Made by a program: the position numbers and the translations under genes. Under the pieces are notes generated by a model. The model was not told the origin of the DNA, did no database searches, and saw only the letters and a program-made list of their open reading frames with translations. From the NCBI GenBank assembly GCA_964016885.1, contig OZ024756.1:33790001-33854000 (forward strand): a stretch of 64,000 nucleotides of DNA. The letters run 5' to 3'. Positions 29,931 through 43,039 of this stretch are shown in pieces. Each line of letters opens with the position of its first letter. The stretch's first letter is position 1. This DNA is from Eledone cirrhosa. Its lineage: Eukaryota.

Positions 29931-30111
29931 ATACAACATATGACAATAGTAACGATGTAGTACAAATGCAGCAACAGTAACAATTAAAAACATTTACCAC
30001 ATAAAAATATTCACTTAGATTTCAGAAACTTAGCGGGTTTTTTTATTCCAAATTCCAGATCATCATAAATGTTCTTATGCTTATATAATTCAGGATTTGA
30101 GCTCAGGTTAT

Positions 30112-30250
30112 GGCGCATGGCTTAGTGGTTAGAGCATTGGGCTTGCAATCGAAAGGTTGTGAGTTGAATTCTCGGACCGGGTGATGTGTTGTTTCCTTGA
30201 GCAAGACACTTTATTTCACGTTGTTCCAGTTTACTCAGCTGTAGAAATGA
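30112..30250 (+). mobile_element. SINE family S2-related, 5' part
   Basis: A-box tggcttagtgg, B-box-like gagttgaattc, then ccttgagcaagacactttatttcacgttg. Confidence 0.7.
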
Positions 30251-30514
30251 GATGATAGGGACTGGGGTCCCTATTATTACATTACCCAAGACACATCCAA
30301 CGAGATATACCTTGGAGGAGGCCAACTAGACCTGACGTTCTAATGATTCTACCAATGCGACGGCTTTTATTCTATACTCCAGAACCCCCAAAATATTGTT
30401 ATATCGAAAATATTGATAAATATTATTAGTAATAATAGTAGTAGTAATGTATGTAAAAAGATACAAGATATCTACTTGAAAGGATGAATAATAGGTTGCT
30501 TATGGGTGATGTCT

Positions 30515-30889
30515 AAAAACATCTGACTGATAAAATGATAAGTCAGTCAATCATATTGGTGACCTCCCCACAGTCCCGGCGGACAGAATGGAGAAGGCGT
30601 TTCCCCGGAGGACAGCAAGGGAGACGCGCTGGAAAAGCCATTCCAGCTAGAGAGGCTCACACTTGCGGTTGGTCAGCTCAGCACCTATGGTGGTGAGTAG
30701 GGAGGTAGCCCTAGGGCCGAAGACATCAGAAGTCTCCACTGCCAAGGGTACACCCGCAAACCTGTCGGAAATCGACCGGTATTTGAAGAGTTTGGCCTCC
30801 TCAGCCCGATGTGCAGCAGAACCTGGGTTACTCGCAGACTGCACCAGGTTGTAGCTGGAGAAAGAATCGGTGAAAGTGGCATCCCAGAC
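30515..30889 (-). mobile_element. CRE-clade non-LTR retrotransposon 3' fragment (restriction-like endonuclease domain, one internal stop)
   Basis: 30889-30551 reads VWDATFTDSFS...PGSAAHRAEEAKLFKY...VPLAVETSDVFGP...IGAEL...*LEWLFQRVSLAVLRGNAFSILSAGTVGRSPI*. The 3' UTR is shared with 52799-52830. Confidence 0.8.
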
Positions 30890-32071
30890 GATATAAAGAT
30901 GTAATGTGGGATTTGACCTGAGAGACCAGAAAGCCGAAATAGATATTGCAAGTTATTATATTCGATGTTCTAACGTCTGTACCAATTCAACAGTTTTTAT
31001 TTTAAACCAGATCAAAAATACTTTGTAAATCATATTTTTATTTAAATCAGCTATCTCACTCAAGGAAGTTAATACAACTACTTCAAGAAAACGAAAACTA
31101 ATATAAGGAAGCTCATTGCGAAACTATTTACATTTCAATAGCTTAACAATCTCGGCAATGTTTTATGCATGAAATTTCACTTAGAGTAGAATAATTAATG
31201 GCATAATTGAATAGATTCCTCTGATTTCAATTTACAGTTTTATTAGTTTTACAAATTAAAACTTATATCAGAATCATATTTATGGTTTCGAAATACTAAT
31301 TTCATATTTTATTTTTTCGACGAATCATTTTAGTTTCCCATTAGATATTTAAACGGTTTCTTTATAAATAATTTCCCAATTCAGTTATATAAATTGAATT
31401 TGCATATTTATTTATTAATGTATTTGTTTATTTATTTATTCATTTGTAAACTAGATAACACATGTGTATCGAATGTGTGCCCATCACTCAATCGTTCTAT
31501 TCAGAAGTGTAAATTTGAATTTAAGCGTAAGTTTGAATACTTAAGCGGAAGTCTTGATATGTTTATGCCATGTCATGGTAAGGGCGCTTAAATGCTGATG
31601 GAATCACTAGAGACACTATCTTTTTCAGAGACGTAAAAAACAGAGAGAGGGGGAGGAAGAATTGACCCCAATATTAAATTGGTAATTTATATTTATCGAA
31701 CTCGAACAACTTAACATAATACTGATAAGGTGAGTCACTAAATATTATATTTTAATAACCTATATATGGTTCTGACGAGCTATCTTCAGTATTGCGGGCT
31801 TTCTTTTTCCTTCCAAATTATGTACTCTTATTTGCACACACACACACACACACGCATACATACGCTTATGTACACACAAGCACACAAACACCCCCATACA
31901 CAGAAACACAAACCCAAACACACAATCACACATACATACATACATATATACATATATATATAGAATAAGGAAAAGCGAAGTAGTTCGCTTTTCCTTATTC
32001 GATATTTACTCCGTCACTCCTATGTGGAAAAAGTACGTTGAGTGCTTGAATTGAATTGCATCAATGTTTAC

Positions 32072-32118
<47 letters not shown>

Positions 32119-32192
32119 TATATAGATAGATATATATATATATATAGATATAGATATATATATAGATATATATATATAAGAGTAAGTCGCAA

Positions 32193-32327
32193 CCGCCGAG
32201 GTTAGCTCTGCCTTTCATCCTTACGGGGTCGATAAAATAAAGTACCAGTAATGTAGTGGGATAGATTTAATCGACTTTCATCATATCCCCCAAAATTGTT
32301 GAGCTTGTCTAAATTAGAAACCATTAT
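32193..32327 (+). mobile_element. SINE family S1 (long variant), 5'-truncated
   Basis: Central domain plus gatttaatcgac segment and agaaaccattat tail. Confidence 0.8.
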
Positions 32328-34356
32328 ATGCCTATATATTTGCGTGTATGTGTGTCTATGTGTGTGTGTGAGTATGTATGCATATACACATGTATACATA
32401 CAAACTCTTATATATATTTTTTTAGCTGGAAGGTCCATATTTACTGAATAACTTTAGACCTCAGAATATATATAACATACAATTCTGATGGACGTACTGT
32501 AGCATGACCATGGACGTTGTGGCTCACAACACTAAATGAATGCCGTTCTATATAATCGCCAATAGAAAATAAAACAATTATTAAATATATTTTAAAAGAT
32601 AATAAAAAGCATGCATGCATAAAACATTTTATAATCGTAGTTAGAATAGCATATATCTTATCACATTGAAAGACTCCCGCCGATTCACTATCTTATAATT
32701 TGTTTTGCTTTAATTTTTAGTGTTACGTGTTCAGTAACATTCAATTTCTTATTACATTCCGCTTCCTTAACAAATACTGAAAATAGCTTCTGAGATTTTG
32801 TCAATGTAAAGTCTCACTTCCATTTAAATTTCCTTTTGTTATATTTGTCATATTTTCTTACTCAGAAAAACAAGATTCGAATGAGGTCGCGTTTCGTAAT
32901 AAAAACATTGATTTGACATTTATATCTGCTTTAGATATATATGTGTAACAATTTTTTCATATTATGTTTAAATGCAGATAATTAACTGAGCTCTAATTAG
33001 TGATCCTTTCATCACTACTTCGACAAGTTTGGTGGTTATGTTTCGCGGATGAAGTCAGAAAAATACAAGTAGCAAAATACGTTTGGATTTGCCGCCCGTT
33101 CTTATCGGAAAAAAAGTAGAAATAATATTCGTTATTTACCAATGTATTTTCTTCATTAAATAAAGGTTTACACTAACATAACTAATATCAGTGGAAACTG
33201 TCTAGCAAGTAATGTGATTCCTTTCTTGTTTATACTCTCTGCAGTGGAATATGCTGCCACCAAGCTAGCTGCATCAAAACATTAGTTCAAGTTAAGTGAG
33301 TGGTACTCTTTCATTACAAAATAAAACAAAGCAAAATTATAAACAATTTCTAACAAACTAAAAATACATCAGAATAACTGGAGATGGATGTGAGAGATTT
33401 GAATTCAACTAGTTCTTGACTTTTCCATAATAATTCCAGTCTAGAATATAAAAGGAAAATATAAATCTGGCTGTTGCGTCATTGAAATCAGATGGTGGTG
33501 GTGTTGTTTTTGCTGGCATATTTTCAGTCGCCCTAGTGATTTAGATAGTCTCCCACATTGTGCAAAATGGACAAGGGGATGAATTTTTTGCTGAAGATAT
33601 TACCAAGAAAAGACATACGAACAGTACCATTAGACAAGCGAATAGGATTGTATTATCTCTTTCTTCTTCATTGTCAATAGATGATATTGTTTTTCGTTTA
33701 TACGTGGTACGTCCACGGGGCATAGTTTGTAAATAAGATGATGGAGTGCAAGGGTGTTTAAAATGATATAACTTCAAAATGTAAACATAGAAATTACAAA
33801 TAAAGTAAAACTATAGATAAATCATGAAATAAACATAATTAACTAGAACAAAAAATTAACGAAATATTTCAAAACATAAAATCGAAACGTTCCAATAGAA
33901 ATTTAGTGATTATTACGTCATGTCTTAAATGTAACGTCACATTCACACTAAGGCTAGTGAGTGCATATGTATACACACACATAAAAACAGGCACGCACAC
34001 ACACACACACATACATCTGATACAGACCAAATACGCACACTCTATTCTTCCCTTCACAGCTCTGTATACAGACACACACACACATACAGCTGATACAGAC
34101 TAAATACGCACACTCTATTTTTTCCCTTCACAGCTCTGTATACAGACACACACACACACACTTATACGCACGCGCACACATATAGCTCTATATAGAAAGC
34201 GATTTTTTTTCTATTTCAGGTAGACGCGCTCCATCATCCACTTTTCTAAAAAGGTGTATCATACACAAAACGCGAGCATCAACAGTTTTCCAAAAGATGT
34301 CAACATGAATAGACCTGTTATTTTTATCTAAAGACATCTTTTCCAATTCCACCCCG

Positions 34357-34616
34357 CCAAAGTCCTAAGCTCATGAGAGGGTGAAGAAATTAGTAACCTT
34401 ATCACTTCTAAATCTAATTAGAAACTGGATAATGTGTGTATATGTGACGCACATGGTTCCCGAACTTAGCGTGTCTTGTACACTCTCGCCACTAAAAATA
34501 GCAGCCGAGTTTACTCGACAATGTGTCACATATACACACATTATCCAGTTTCTAATTAGATTTAGAAGTGATAAGGTTACTAATTTCTTCACCCTCTAAT
34601 GAGCTTAGGACTTTGG
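34357..34616. repeat. Inverted repeat, ~95-bp arms (34357-34451, 34522-34616), ~70-bp spacer
   Basis: Direct comparison; ORFs 34371-34592(-) and 34381-34599(+) share mirrored peptides. No TSD seen. Confidence 0.9.
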
Positions 34617-34671
34617 TAATCCTTTTCACAAATAATATTGCGAAACAGTTTTTATCAAAACTGTCCGGGTG
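34590..34671 (+). ncRNA. Type I hammerhead-like motif with core mutation (family G)
   Basis: caccct-CTAATGA-gc...gc-GAAA-cagtttt(tatc)aaaactg-TC-cgggtg. Perfect 8-bp stem III, GUC site, stem I caccc/gggtg. G5 is changed to A (to C in the inverted copy), so probably inactive. Confidence 0.6.
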
Positions 34672-34851
34672 TTCGGTTGTTACCACAATTATGGTTTGTA
34701 TTTATTTTTCTTGATTTATTCTTAAATTGAGCCTGGTAAACCCTATTGTCTGTAGTTAGTATTTTTTTTCCCCTTAGCGATTCTGGTCCCTTACGATTTG
34801 AACACATATATGTAAATGTCTGTGTTCGTTTTTCTTTTTTGTTCAGTTATA

Positions 34852-34908
<57 letters not shown>

Positions 34909-35359
34909 CTAATTCTTCATTTTAATTTGTATATCACATTTGCAACAACACAGCCCGCCAATTTTTCATTTATATATATATATATATATATACATATATA
35001 TTCATACTTGCGCATATATATATGTGTGTGTGTGTGTATGTGTGTATGTGTATGCGTGTATTTATATATCCCATGTATAAATTATAATTACAGTTTGATA
35101 TCATTGATTTACAACATAATTTCAATTACGTTGTTTTAGGAAATGGATTTTGCTTGTATCACAGCTTGTATTTATAAATACATTTTACAATATTACCTGT
35201 ACAGAGATTAGATAAAAGGATGCATTGTGTCTATAATTTCATTAAAGTGTTCTGCTAAAATGTCTCCAGAATTACACTGTCCAATCATAATTTGTACATT
35301 AAATAAATATTTAGAACGTTGCTGGGAACCTCTAAAATCTGTTCCATTCCTGCATGTTT

Positions 35360-35622
35360 ACCAGGCCGGCGTTTTTTCCGGTTTCCGTGGCGTTAAGCGC
35401 CTGAGAGTACAAAAACTCCTTCCAGGCCAGGACACCTGTCCATCGCAGGGCTAGACCCGCGCCAACTGCTGGTATTCATTTCCAGCTGAGTATACTGGAA
35501 CAACGTGAAGTGAAGCGTTTTGCTCAAGATCACAACACAAAACAAAACCCAGTCAAGGAATCGAACCTTCAACGTTATGATCGTAAGTCCAACACACTTA
35601 CCTCTCGGCCATGTGCCTTCAC
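35360..35622 (-). mobile_element. SINE family S2
   Basis: Aligns along its length with 14064-14348. Confidence 0.8.
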
Positions 35623-35679
35623 ATACTATGGAGGTAGCGTGGTCAAATGGTTAAGAAGTACGCTTTGCAATCTTTCCGA

Positions 35680-35812
35680 GTTGGCGTTGAGCTGGACAGC
35701 TGCAGGTGTGAGCCTCGCGAGCTGGAATGGGTCTTCCAGCGCATTTCCCTTACCATCCACTGCGGAAACGCCTTATCCATTCTGTCTGCCGGGGCTGTGG
35801 GGAGGCCAGCAT
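35680..35812 (+). mobile_element. CRE-clade retrotransposon 3' fragment
   Basis: VGVELDSCRCEPRELEWVFQRISLTIHCGNALSILSAGAVGRP. Confidence 0.75.
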
Positions 35813-38680
35813 GTGGGACCATCATACAGAGAGATGGGGAGGGCGACAGAGATGGAGGCGATGACAGCGGAAGTTCGGCTCTTCCACGTTCGGACCATAT
35901 CCTTGTGGTTGTGTTCATTATCTATAGAGTTTCCGTTTCTACCCAAAACTGAGTTTTATTTATCATAGCCTCGTTTCGACCTAGCCTTTTGAGGGAAATT
36001 GGGTAGACGGAAACTGTTCGGAAGCCCGCCGCATGGACTCTAACCGTAATTCAAAGAGGCCAGTTTTGTCACAAACTGAGTCCCAGTGAATCTCCCTGAG
36101 AATTATGTGAAGACTACACATATTTTTGGAATGTTACCTTATTCGAACAACACGATTGCTCAATTCCTATAGTTTCGATTCGGGTAATAATTGTAGTAAT
36201 TATTTCTACATCCATATTGAAATGTTATCAACATTGTAAGTTTCTTGTAAAATTTGTAATGGATCGAAATTTGTCCGACACTCTTCTTTCTAGTCTTCTG
36301 AACTATTCGCTATAAAACTTATATATCACAGAAATCATTAATAAATCTTTCAATAATCTTTACACGGAGAGTTGATGCCGCCGCACATTGTCAAATCGTT
36401 CAGATATTTATGAAGATTTATCTAAAAATTAATTGTTTAAGTATGTGATAGATATATTTTATAAGATATAGTGAGATATATAGAATTTTCTCTCTAGTCA
36501 CTTGAGCAATCAACATATGATTTGAATCTCGTAAATAATCAAATAATATGAAATGATATATGACAACTGTTAACAAAAATTTGATCAAGTTCGTTAAGAA
36601 ATTCGAAACTATCTTTGTAAGCCGCATACTAAATTCGGTATCAAATCTTAGCGATTTAACGTTTAAATAAGAGTATAATTCATCGAAATATTAAACGCAA
36701 ATGACTAAATGTTCAGTATTTACATAAATTCTGCTTTTTCTTATCAGTTGTCGTATTTATTGATGTCGTATTTATTTAGATTCAATGAAACAATTTATTT
36801 CGAAATGTAGAAATTACAGTGAGTCGGGCAAATGTTTCTTGGTCACGATGGACAAAAGAACGACAGTAGATAAGCTGAAAGAACAAATCTAACGGACGGT
36901 TCTCATTCTTGTTGGTGGCCATTTTTATTCCGATCAAACTGAGTAGGGAGATGGTTCGGAGTCCCATGACATTAAGACATTTCCAGGGATGTGTTTTCAA
37001 GATCAGAAATGACGATTTAACCTTGAAAAGCAGAGTATATTGCATCAGACTGTTAAACTCATCTGCGTGGAGGACTGAATTTTCAATATTTACATAAATT
37101 CTACTTTTCGTTATTCAAAGCAGACTTATTCATTGGGTTTTCTACCATATATTGTGCTCTTGGCCAAAACACTTTATTTCATGTTTCCTATGTTCATTCA
37201 GCTGAACAAAAAAATGGTTTTATCTGTGATTTAACAGATTGTATTGTCACATACTATGTCACACTGAATTTCCATGAAATTACATAAAAGGTACACATGT
37301 TTGTTAAATACTCATCCATAGAACTTAAAACATACAACCATTAACTGAATCGTCACTCAACACTTCTGGGCAGAGTGCAACCTATATTTTCTAAGTAGAA
37401 AATGGTGGAAATTTAAAGATTCAGCTTGGTCGCAGCATTTGGAAGCCCGAGGAGCGACCAAGCTTATAATACATACATGTAATTTTGATGGAAGATTATT
37501 TAACCAATTGCAATAGGTTACATAATGTAACTAATTAAAATGCAATTATGCAAAATGATCGGAGGCATGGCGATGAAATGTTTCTTCAACTGAATATTGG
37601 ACCCGGGTAATATAATTGATTTCTTGTTCGACTCTTTCTCATTTGCTATGGAGCCAGTCCTTGAGGGAATAAATAAAAATTGATTTAAAAAACAGCTACA
37701 GTTAATTACTAAGATAATATCTTTTATAATGCTGTTGATTATTGTTTAGGCATTTATTAATAACTCGTTTCACGGGCGCTTCAATAATTTCCACCACCAC
37801 CGAAACCAAACTATAATATACTTTTTTTTATTTATGACATTAAACTATTTAACGCTGTGACAGATTCCCCTGGAGAAAATTAATTATGAATCATGTACCA
37901 TATGCTAAAATTTCATTTGTCCCTTATCAAACTAATTAACTACATTAATTGAAGCATTTAGTTCCTGTGTGGTAGATTACAGAAAGCCATTATATTGAAA
38001 TTATTAGATGATTCTATCAGAAATATGTATTTATATCTCAACCACAATGGGGTTAGTTATTCCCTGGACAGTATACTACTATGGCTATGTGTAATCATAA
38101 TTGTTTTCTAAAAACAATCAAATTATACCACAATGAATAGGCAGCATATCAGTTTTAAATTTTTAATTATATATCATTAAGAGTTCTTTCGCATTTTTAT
38201 ACAAAAGTAATGTCGAGATAATTTTTATATAATATTCATTAATTTTCTGTTTCTCTATAAGTTCTGGCTTAGAATTAATTTTGAACATACAAAGATAGAA
38301 TATTGTTACGTATTCTGTAACATTTGATAGTTATTATATTTAAATTTAAAGCAACTGATTAATAATTTAATATATTGAGCTATTACAACACTTTGTATGC
38401 AATAAATGTTTTCTTGTTAACATTCAACATTTACGTGGATATTATATTAGTATGATGCGGGATTTTAAAAGTTGTTTTGTCTATTCCTAACGTAATAGAA
38501 TTATATCATGCCTCATTCGGTATATTTTACATAACAGTCGAGAAACATGTTTGGAAAATTATGTTCGGGTGTTTAAACGATTTTACAGGCCTTTAACAGA
38601 AGGCTAGGGTAAAATGACCTAACCACACCACTGAAACGTCCGGCAAACTGCGGTATCTATTAAACTGTTATTATTTTATC

Positions 38681-39395
38681 GATTGGCAGTATCAGTAGAG
38701 CGTCGGACGCAAAGAGTTACGTCCCTTTACGATCTGAGTTCAAATCCCGCCGAGGTTAACTTTGCCTTTCATCCTTACGGGGTCGATGAAATAAAGTACC
38801 AGTAATGTACTGGGCAATTGCTGGCCTTATGTCAACAGTAGAAACAATTATTTTATCATTATGCTGTGGATTGGCTGTATCGGTAGAGGGTCGGACACTA
38901 TGCTTTCCAGCATAGAGTTACGTCCCTTTTCTGTCTGAGTTCAAATCCTGCCGAGGTAAACTTTGCCTTTCATTCTTACGGGGTCGATAAAATAAAGCAC
39001 CAGTAACGTATAGAGAGTCGGACACCATGCTTTGAAGCATAGAGTTACGTCCCTTTATGATCTGAGTTCAAATCCCGCCGAGGTTAACTTTGCCTTTCAT
39101 CCTTACGGGGTCGATAAAATAAAGTACCAGTAATACACTGGGTATTTGCTGGCCTTGTGCCAAAAGTAGAAACAATTATTATGCTGTGGATTGCCTTTCA
39201 TCTTACGGGGTCGATAAAATAAAGTACCAGTAATACACTGGGTATTTGCTGGCCTTGTGCCAAAAGTAGAAACAATTATTATGCTGTGGATTGCCTTTCA
39301 TCTTACGGGGTCGATAAAATAAAGTACCAGTAATGCAATGCGGTTATTGCTGGCCTTGTGCCAACAATAGAAACAATTATTATGCTGTGGATTGG
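38681..39395 (+). mobile_element. Head-to-tail array of five SINE S1 units or partial units
   Basis: Five copies of the central domain; the junction attatgctgtggattg recurs four times. Confidence 0.9.
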
Positions 39396-40220
39396 CACCT
39401 ACATACAACTTGCTTAGAATCTATTATGTTGCCATAATTTGGAACAATATTCAAAGTTGTAGTAGATCACTGTTGACCAAAGAGCAGCACATTGATATCG
39501 AATACGGGACCCAGGGATTGGCAAAGGATGGCTCCACTTCCTAATCACATGTGTACAAAGAAATGAGGCCTTACGAGGATCGGTTGACCATAGGCTGACT
39601 ATGATACTCTCATGGAATGATCAAACGAGGTTAATCATTTTTCTACGTAGTTTTCCATCCCGCCGAAGTTAGCTTTACTTTTCATCCTTATATGGTTCTC
39701 GATAATTTCAAGTACGTATTGGGGTCGATTTAATATGACATTCTCCTCACCTAGCCCCCCAAAATGCCTTGGCCTGGTGCCAAAGAAGCAATGAAGTTAT
39801 TAATAAGAAGAGTTTAAATTAATGCACGGAAGATTTCACAGCCCTAGCATCACTCATTCATAGTTAGCCTGTGAATATGTTAGCCGACCTTCGTACAAAG
39901 TAATGATGCTTTATTTATTTTTTTACTATTCATCCATCTTGCCTAGGGTGATAAAAAATAAAGCAGCAGTCAAGTACTGGATTCCATTTGTATACCTGTA
40001 ATGAATTCTCAGTGTAAATGGAATATATATATATATATATTTTAATAGAAAACAAAAAGCGAAAGACAAGGACACAACACAGGAGCAAACAATTCTTGTA
40101 AAGAAAATATTAGGAATCAATATATGACTTACTTCAGTTGATAAGGATTACAGGATGAATGTGTTGATTGTGACAAAAAGGGAATATCAATAACTTGAAA
40201 ATATGGAGGGGGGAGAAGGA

Positions 40221-40287
40221 GGAGAAGAAGAAGAAGAAGAAGAAGAAGAAGAAGAAGAAGAAGAAGAAGAAGAAGAAGAAGAAGAAG

Positions 40288-40321
<34 letters not shown>

Positions 40322-40350
40322 GCAACAGCAACAGCAACAACAACAACAAG
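40221..40350. repeat. Compound (GAA)n(CAA)n microsatellite
   Basis: Seen directly. Confidence 0.95.
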
Positions 40351-40411
40351 AGAAAGCAACAGACCATTTGATGGAAGTAAATAGTATATACAACCGTTCT
40401 TATATTCATAT

Positions 40412-40470
<59 letters not shown>

Positions 40471-40474
<4 letters not shown>

Positions 40475-42042
40475 ATATTAACAAATGGAAACTATATTTA
40501 TATAACCCTATTTATTTCATTATACATATTTCAAGGGCCACCAGAGCAAACTATGGTGCGCTTTCATCAGATAAAATATAATATAGGTTTGTTTTATAAA
40601 TAAATATTGACATACTCTTAAAAAATGCAACCATTCTGGTTGGAATCTCCTGGATAGTGGAGTTATTAGATTTATTGTTGGTTTATTATGCAAATAAGTG
40701 TTGGAACGGTTTAAAACAGTATATTTAAATTAGTATATTTAAATTAAGCCGTTGGAATAGGGGAAAAAAAAGAGCAAAAAACGAAGGAAAGAAAGAAAGA
40801 AAGAGAGACATCTGAGTATATTTTAGTGAGAGAGAATAGCGTAATTTTGAGAGAAGAGACGAAGAAAATAAATATAGAGTGGATGAATACCGTAAGAGGG
40901 ATAAATCAATAATAACAACTAATAACAGATACTAATAAAAAAAATATATAGTGTGGATGAATACCAACTAATAACAGATACTAAAACAAAGGTGGATAAA
41001 AACAATAATAAAGTTAAGTTGAAGAATTTATGTAATGTTTAATTAATAATGTTTAATTAATAATTTTGATTTAATGTTTAATTAATAATTTATCAAATCA
41101 ATCCGTAGTTTAAATGTTTAAGTGTGTATGTTATATTATATTATTATTAGAGAATATATATTATTAAAAATTATATTATTAAAGAATATATATTATTAAA
41201 AACAGTATTTTTAAATTAAGCCGTTGGAATAGGGAAAAAACGAAAGAAACCTGAGTATATTTTAGTGAGAGAAAATAGCGTAATTTTGAGGGAAGATGCG
41301 AAGAAAAAATATAGCGTGGATGAATACTAATAACAACCAATAAGATACTAATAAAAATGGATAAAGCTAAGTTGAAGAATTTATCTAATGTTTAATTACT
41401 AAATTTGATTAAATGTTTAATTAATAATTTATCAATTCAATCTGTAGTTTAAATGTTTAAATGTGTATGTTATATTATTAAAGTTGAGACATATTATTAT
41501 TAAGGAATATATATTAATAAAAAATATGTTGTTATTAAAAAAAACAAATATAATTTTGTTATTATTAATTAATTAATTAATTAATTATTTTAAAAAATGT
41601 TTAAGTTTAAAATATTCGAATATTTCAAAGCTCATGGAATTTCTGAAAGTTTAAAGGAAATTGCTAGCGATCCAATAATAATTATTAAGATAGCTCTAAG
41701 GATTTAATGTTATAAAGTTAAATGTTATAAAGTTAAGATGTTAAAAAATTTTAATTATCCATCTTAATAGAGTAATTAGAGCATGAATTTTATGTTATTT
41801 TATATCAAGTTATAAAATCATAACTCAACCTGTCATACAGTTATGAGTGTTAAAACCTAAATTTTTCCCATAACGTGTTAACATTTAAAACATTCATTCA
41901 TTGGAATATATCCAAAGCATAAACCATAAAAAAATCTTTCACAAGGGTATATTGTATATTTACTCCAATAATTTGTTGAGTGCTTTATATCAGTTATAAA
42001 AATATTTAGCTTGTTGTATCCCAACAAATTAAATGTAACTTC

Positions 42043-42045
<3 letters not shown>
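40471..42045 (-). mobile_element. Family D long copy (~1.6 kb, non-coding, hammerhead near 3' end, internal tandem duplication) in (TA)n
   Basis: Both ends match the two ends of 13634-13857. ~40711-41196 is repeated at ~41197-41500. No recognisable ORF. Confidence 0.65.
40514..40577 (-). ncRNA. Type I hammerhead ribozyme (family D)
   Basis: Minus strand: attttat-CTGATGA-aagcgcacca...tggtggccctt-GAAA-tatgta-TA-atgaaat. 7-bp stem I, near-palindromic stem III ATATGTAT, AUA site. Confidence 0.75.
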
Positions 42046-42121
<76 letters not shown>

Positions 42122-42129
42122 CGGGTAAA

Positions 42130-42320
42130 ATTCCTGAGATCCATGGATGAGTTCACTCCAGCGGCCTCTGTCCCTCATTATCGCTGCCATGTCATGCGTC
42201 TCCAAGACACCAGTGTCTGTCCTTAGAGCATCAACATATGTTAACCTTGGTCTTCCTCTTCCAGAGTGTCCATGTCTTTTTATATGCTACCAATGAAGAT
42301 TCTAACTCATTGTTTCCGAA
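42130..42320 (-). mobile_element. RTE-clade LINE 3' fragment
   Basis: Minus strand reads HGHSGRGRPRLTYVDALRTDTGVLETHDMAAIMRDRGRWSELIH, fitting GRP..TY.D.L..DTG......M.DR..W. Confidence 0.7.
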
Positions 42321-42574
42321 GACGGTATGATCGAACCCATATATTATGTCTGATAGTATACAGTTCTGTAACTGCTTTAGATCAGTCAATATATAAAGTT
42401 TACCATCATTCCGTTGGTATACCTCTATTACGCAATTTACACCTGAAGGTGTCACCGGGTTATTACGCAACTTGGCCACTGAAATGTGCATAGTGTTTGC
42501 AGAAATAATTAAGGAAATTAAACATAGTTGGCCTCCTGTCATTTCACTTTATAATATATATATATATATATATA

Positions 42575-42765
42575 TAGGAAAAAGTATGACCCCGACGGCA
42601 GAGCTCAAGCCGTTTCGACAGCTATTTCTGGACTCAGTCCAGAAATAGCCGTCGAAACAGCTTGAGCTCTGCCGTCGGAGTCATACTTTTTCCTATTTCC
42701 CACTCTACTACCCTAAGTATTGAGTACTCTGGTGCGTTATGGTCCATTACCACAATTCCTTTGTT
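42575..42765. mobile_element. Family A fold-back element in (TA)n
   Basis: 60-bp arms centred on ggactcagtcc; the long arm ends ...cctttgtt followed by (TA)n. Confidence 0.8.
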
Positions 42766-43039
42766 ATATATATATATATATATATATATATAGGTTCCCC
42801 GAACTACGATCGAACCCGGTGTCGGGAGTTTGAATTTCATGCTTCTAAGCTGCAAGCATCTCATTGAATGTTTTAATGGGTGTCCTAACATGAAAGGGTA
42901 GGCTAAAATGCAGCTTCTCGCTCAAGAGCATGATGTGCCAACCGATATAGAAAACGAACCAGTTACTTTATGATCAGGAAACCAACACGATAGCCGTTAG
43001 GCCACGTGCCTTCACATTTTGTTTGCACAGAGTCAATTA

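Noticed and set aside
36709-37114. ~37-bp imperfect direct repeat flanking 330 bp with an 87-aa ORF
   Set aside because: No recognisable element termini or protein similarity; cannot be distinguished from an old local duplication.
38681-39395. Repeat-spacer pattern resembling a CRISPR array (also 57585-58478)
   Set aside because: The units are SINE copies or microsatellite modules with no unique spacers, there are no cas genes, and the context is eukaryotic.
40203-40481. Poly-E/poly-Q ORF
   Set aside because: It is only a (GAA)n(CAA)n tract running into (TA)n.
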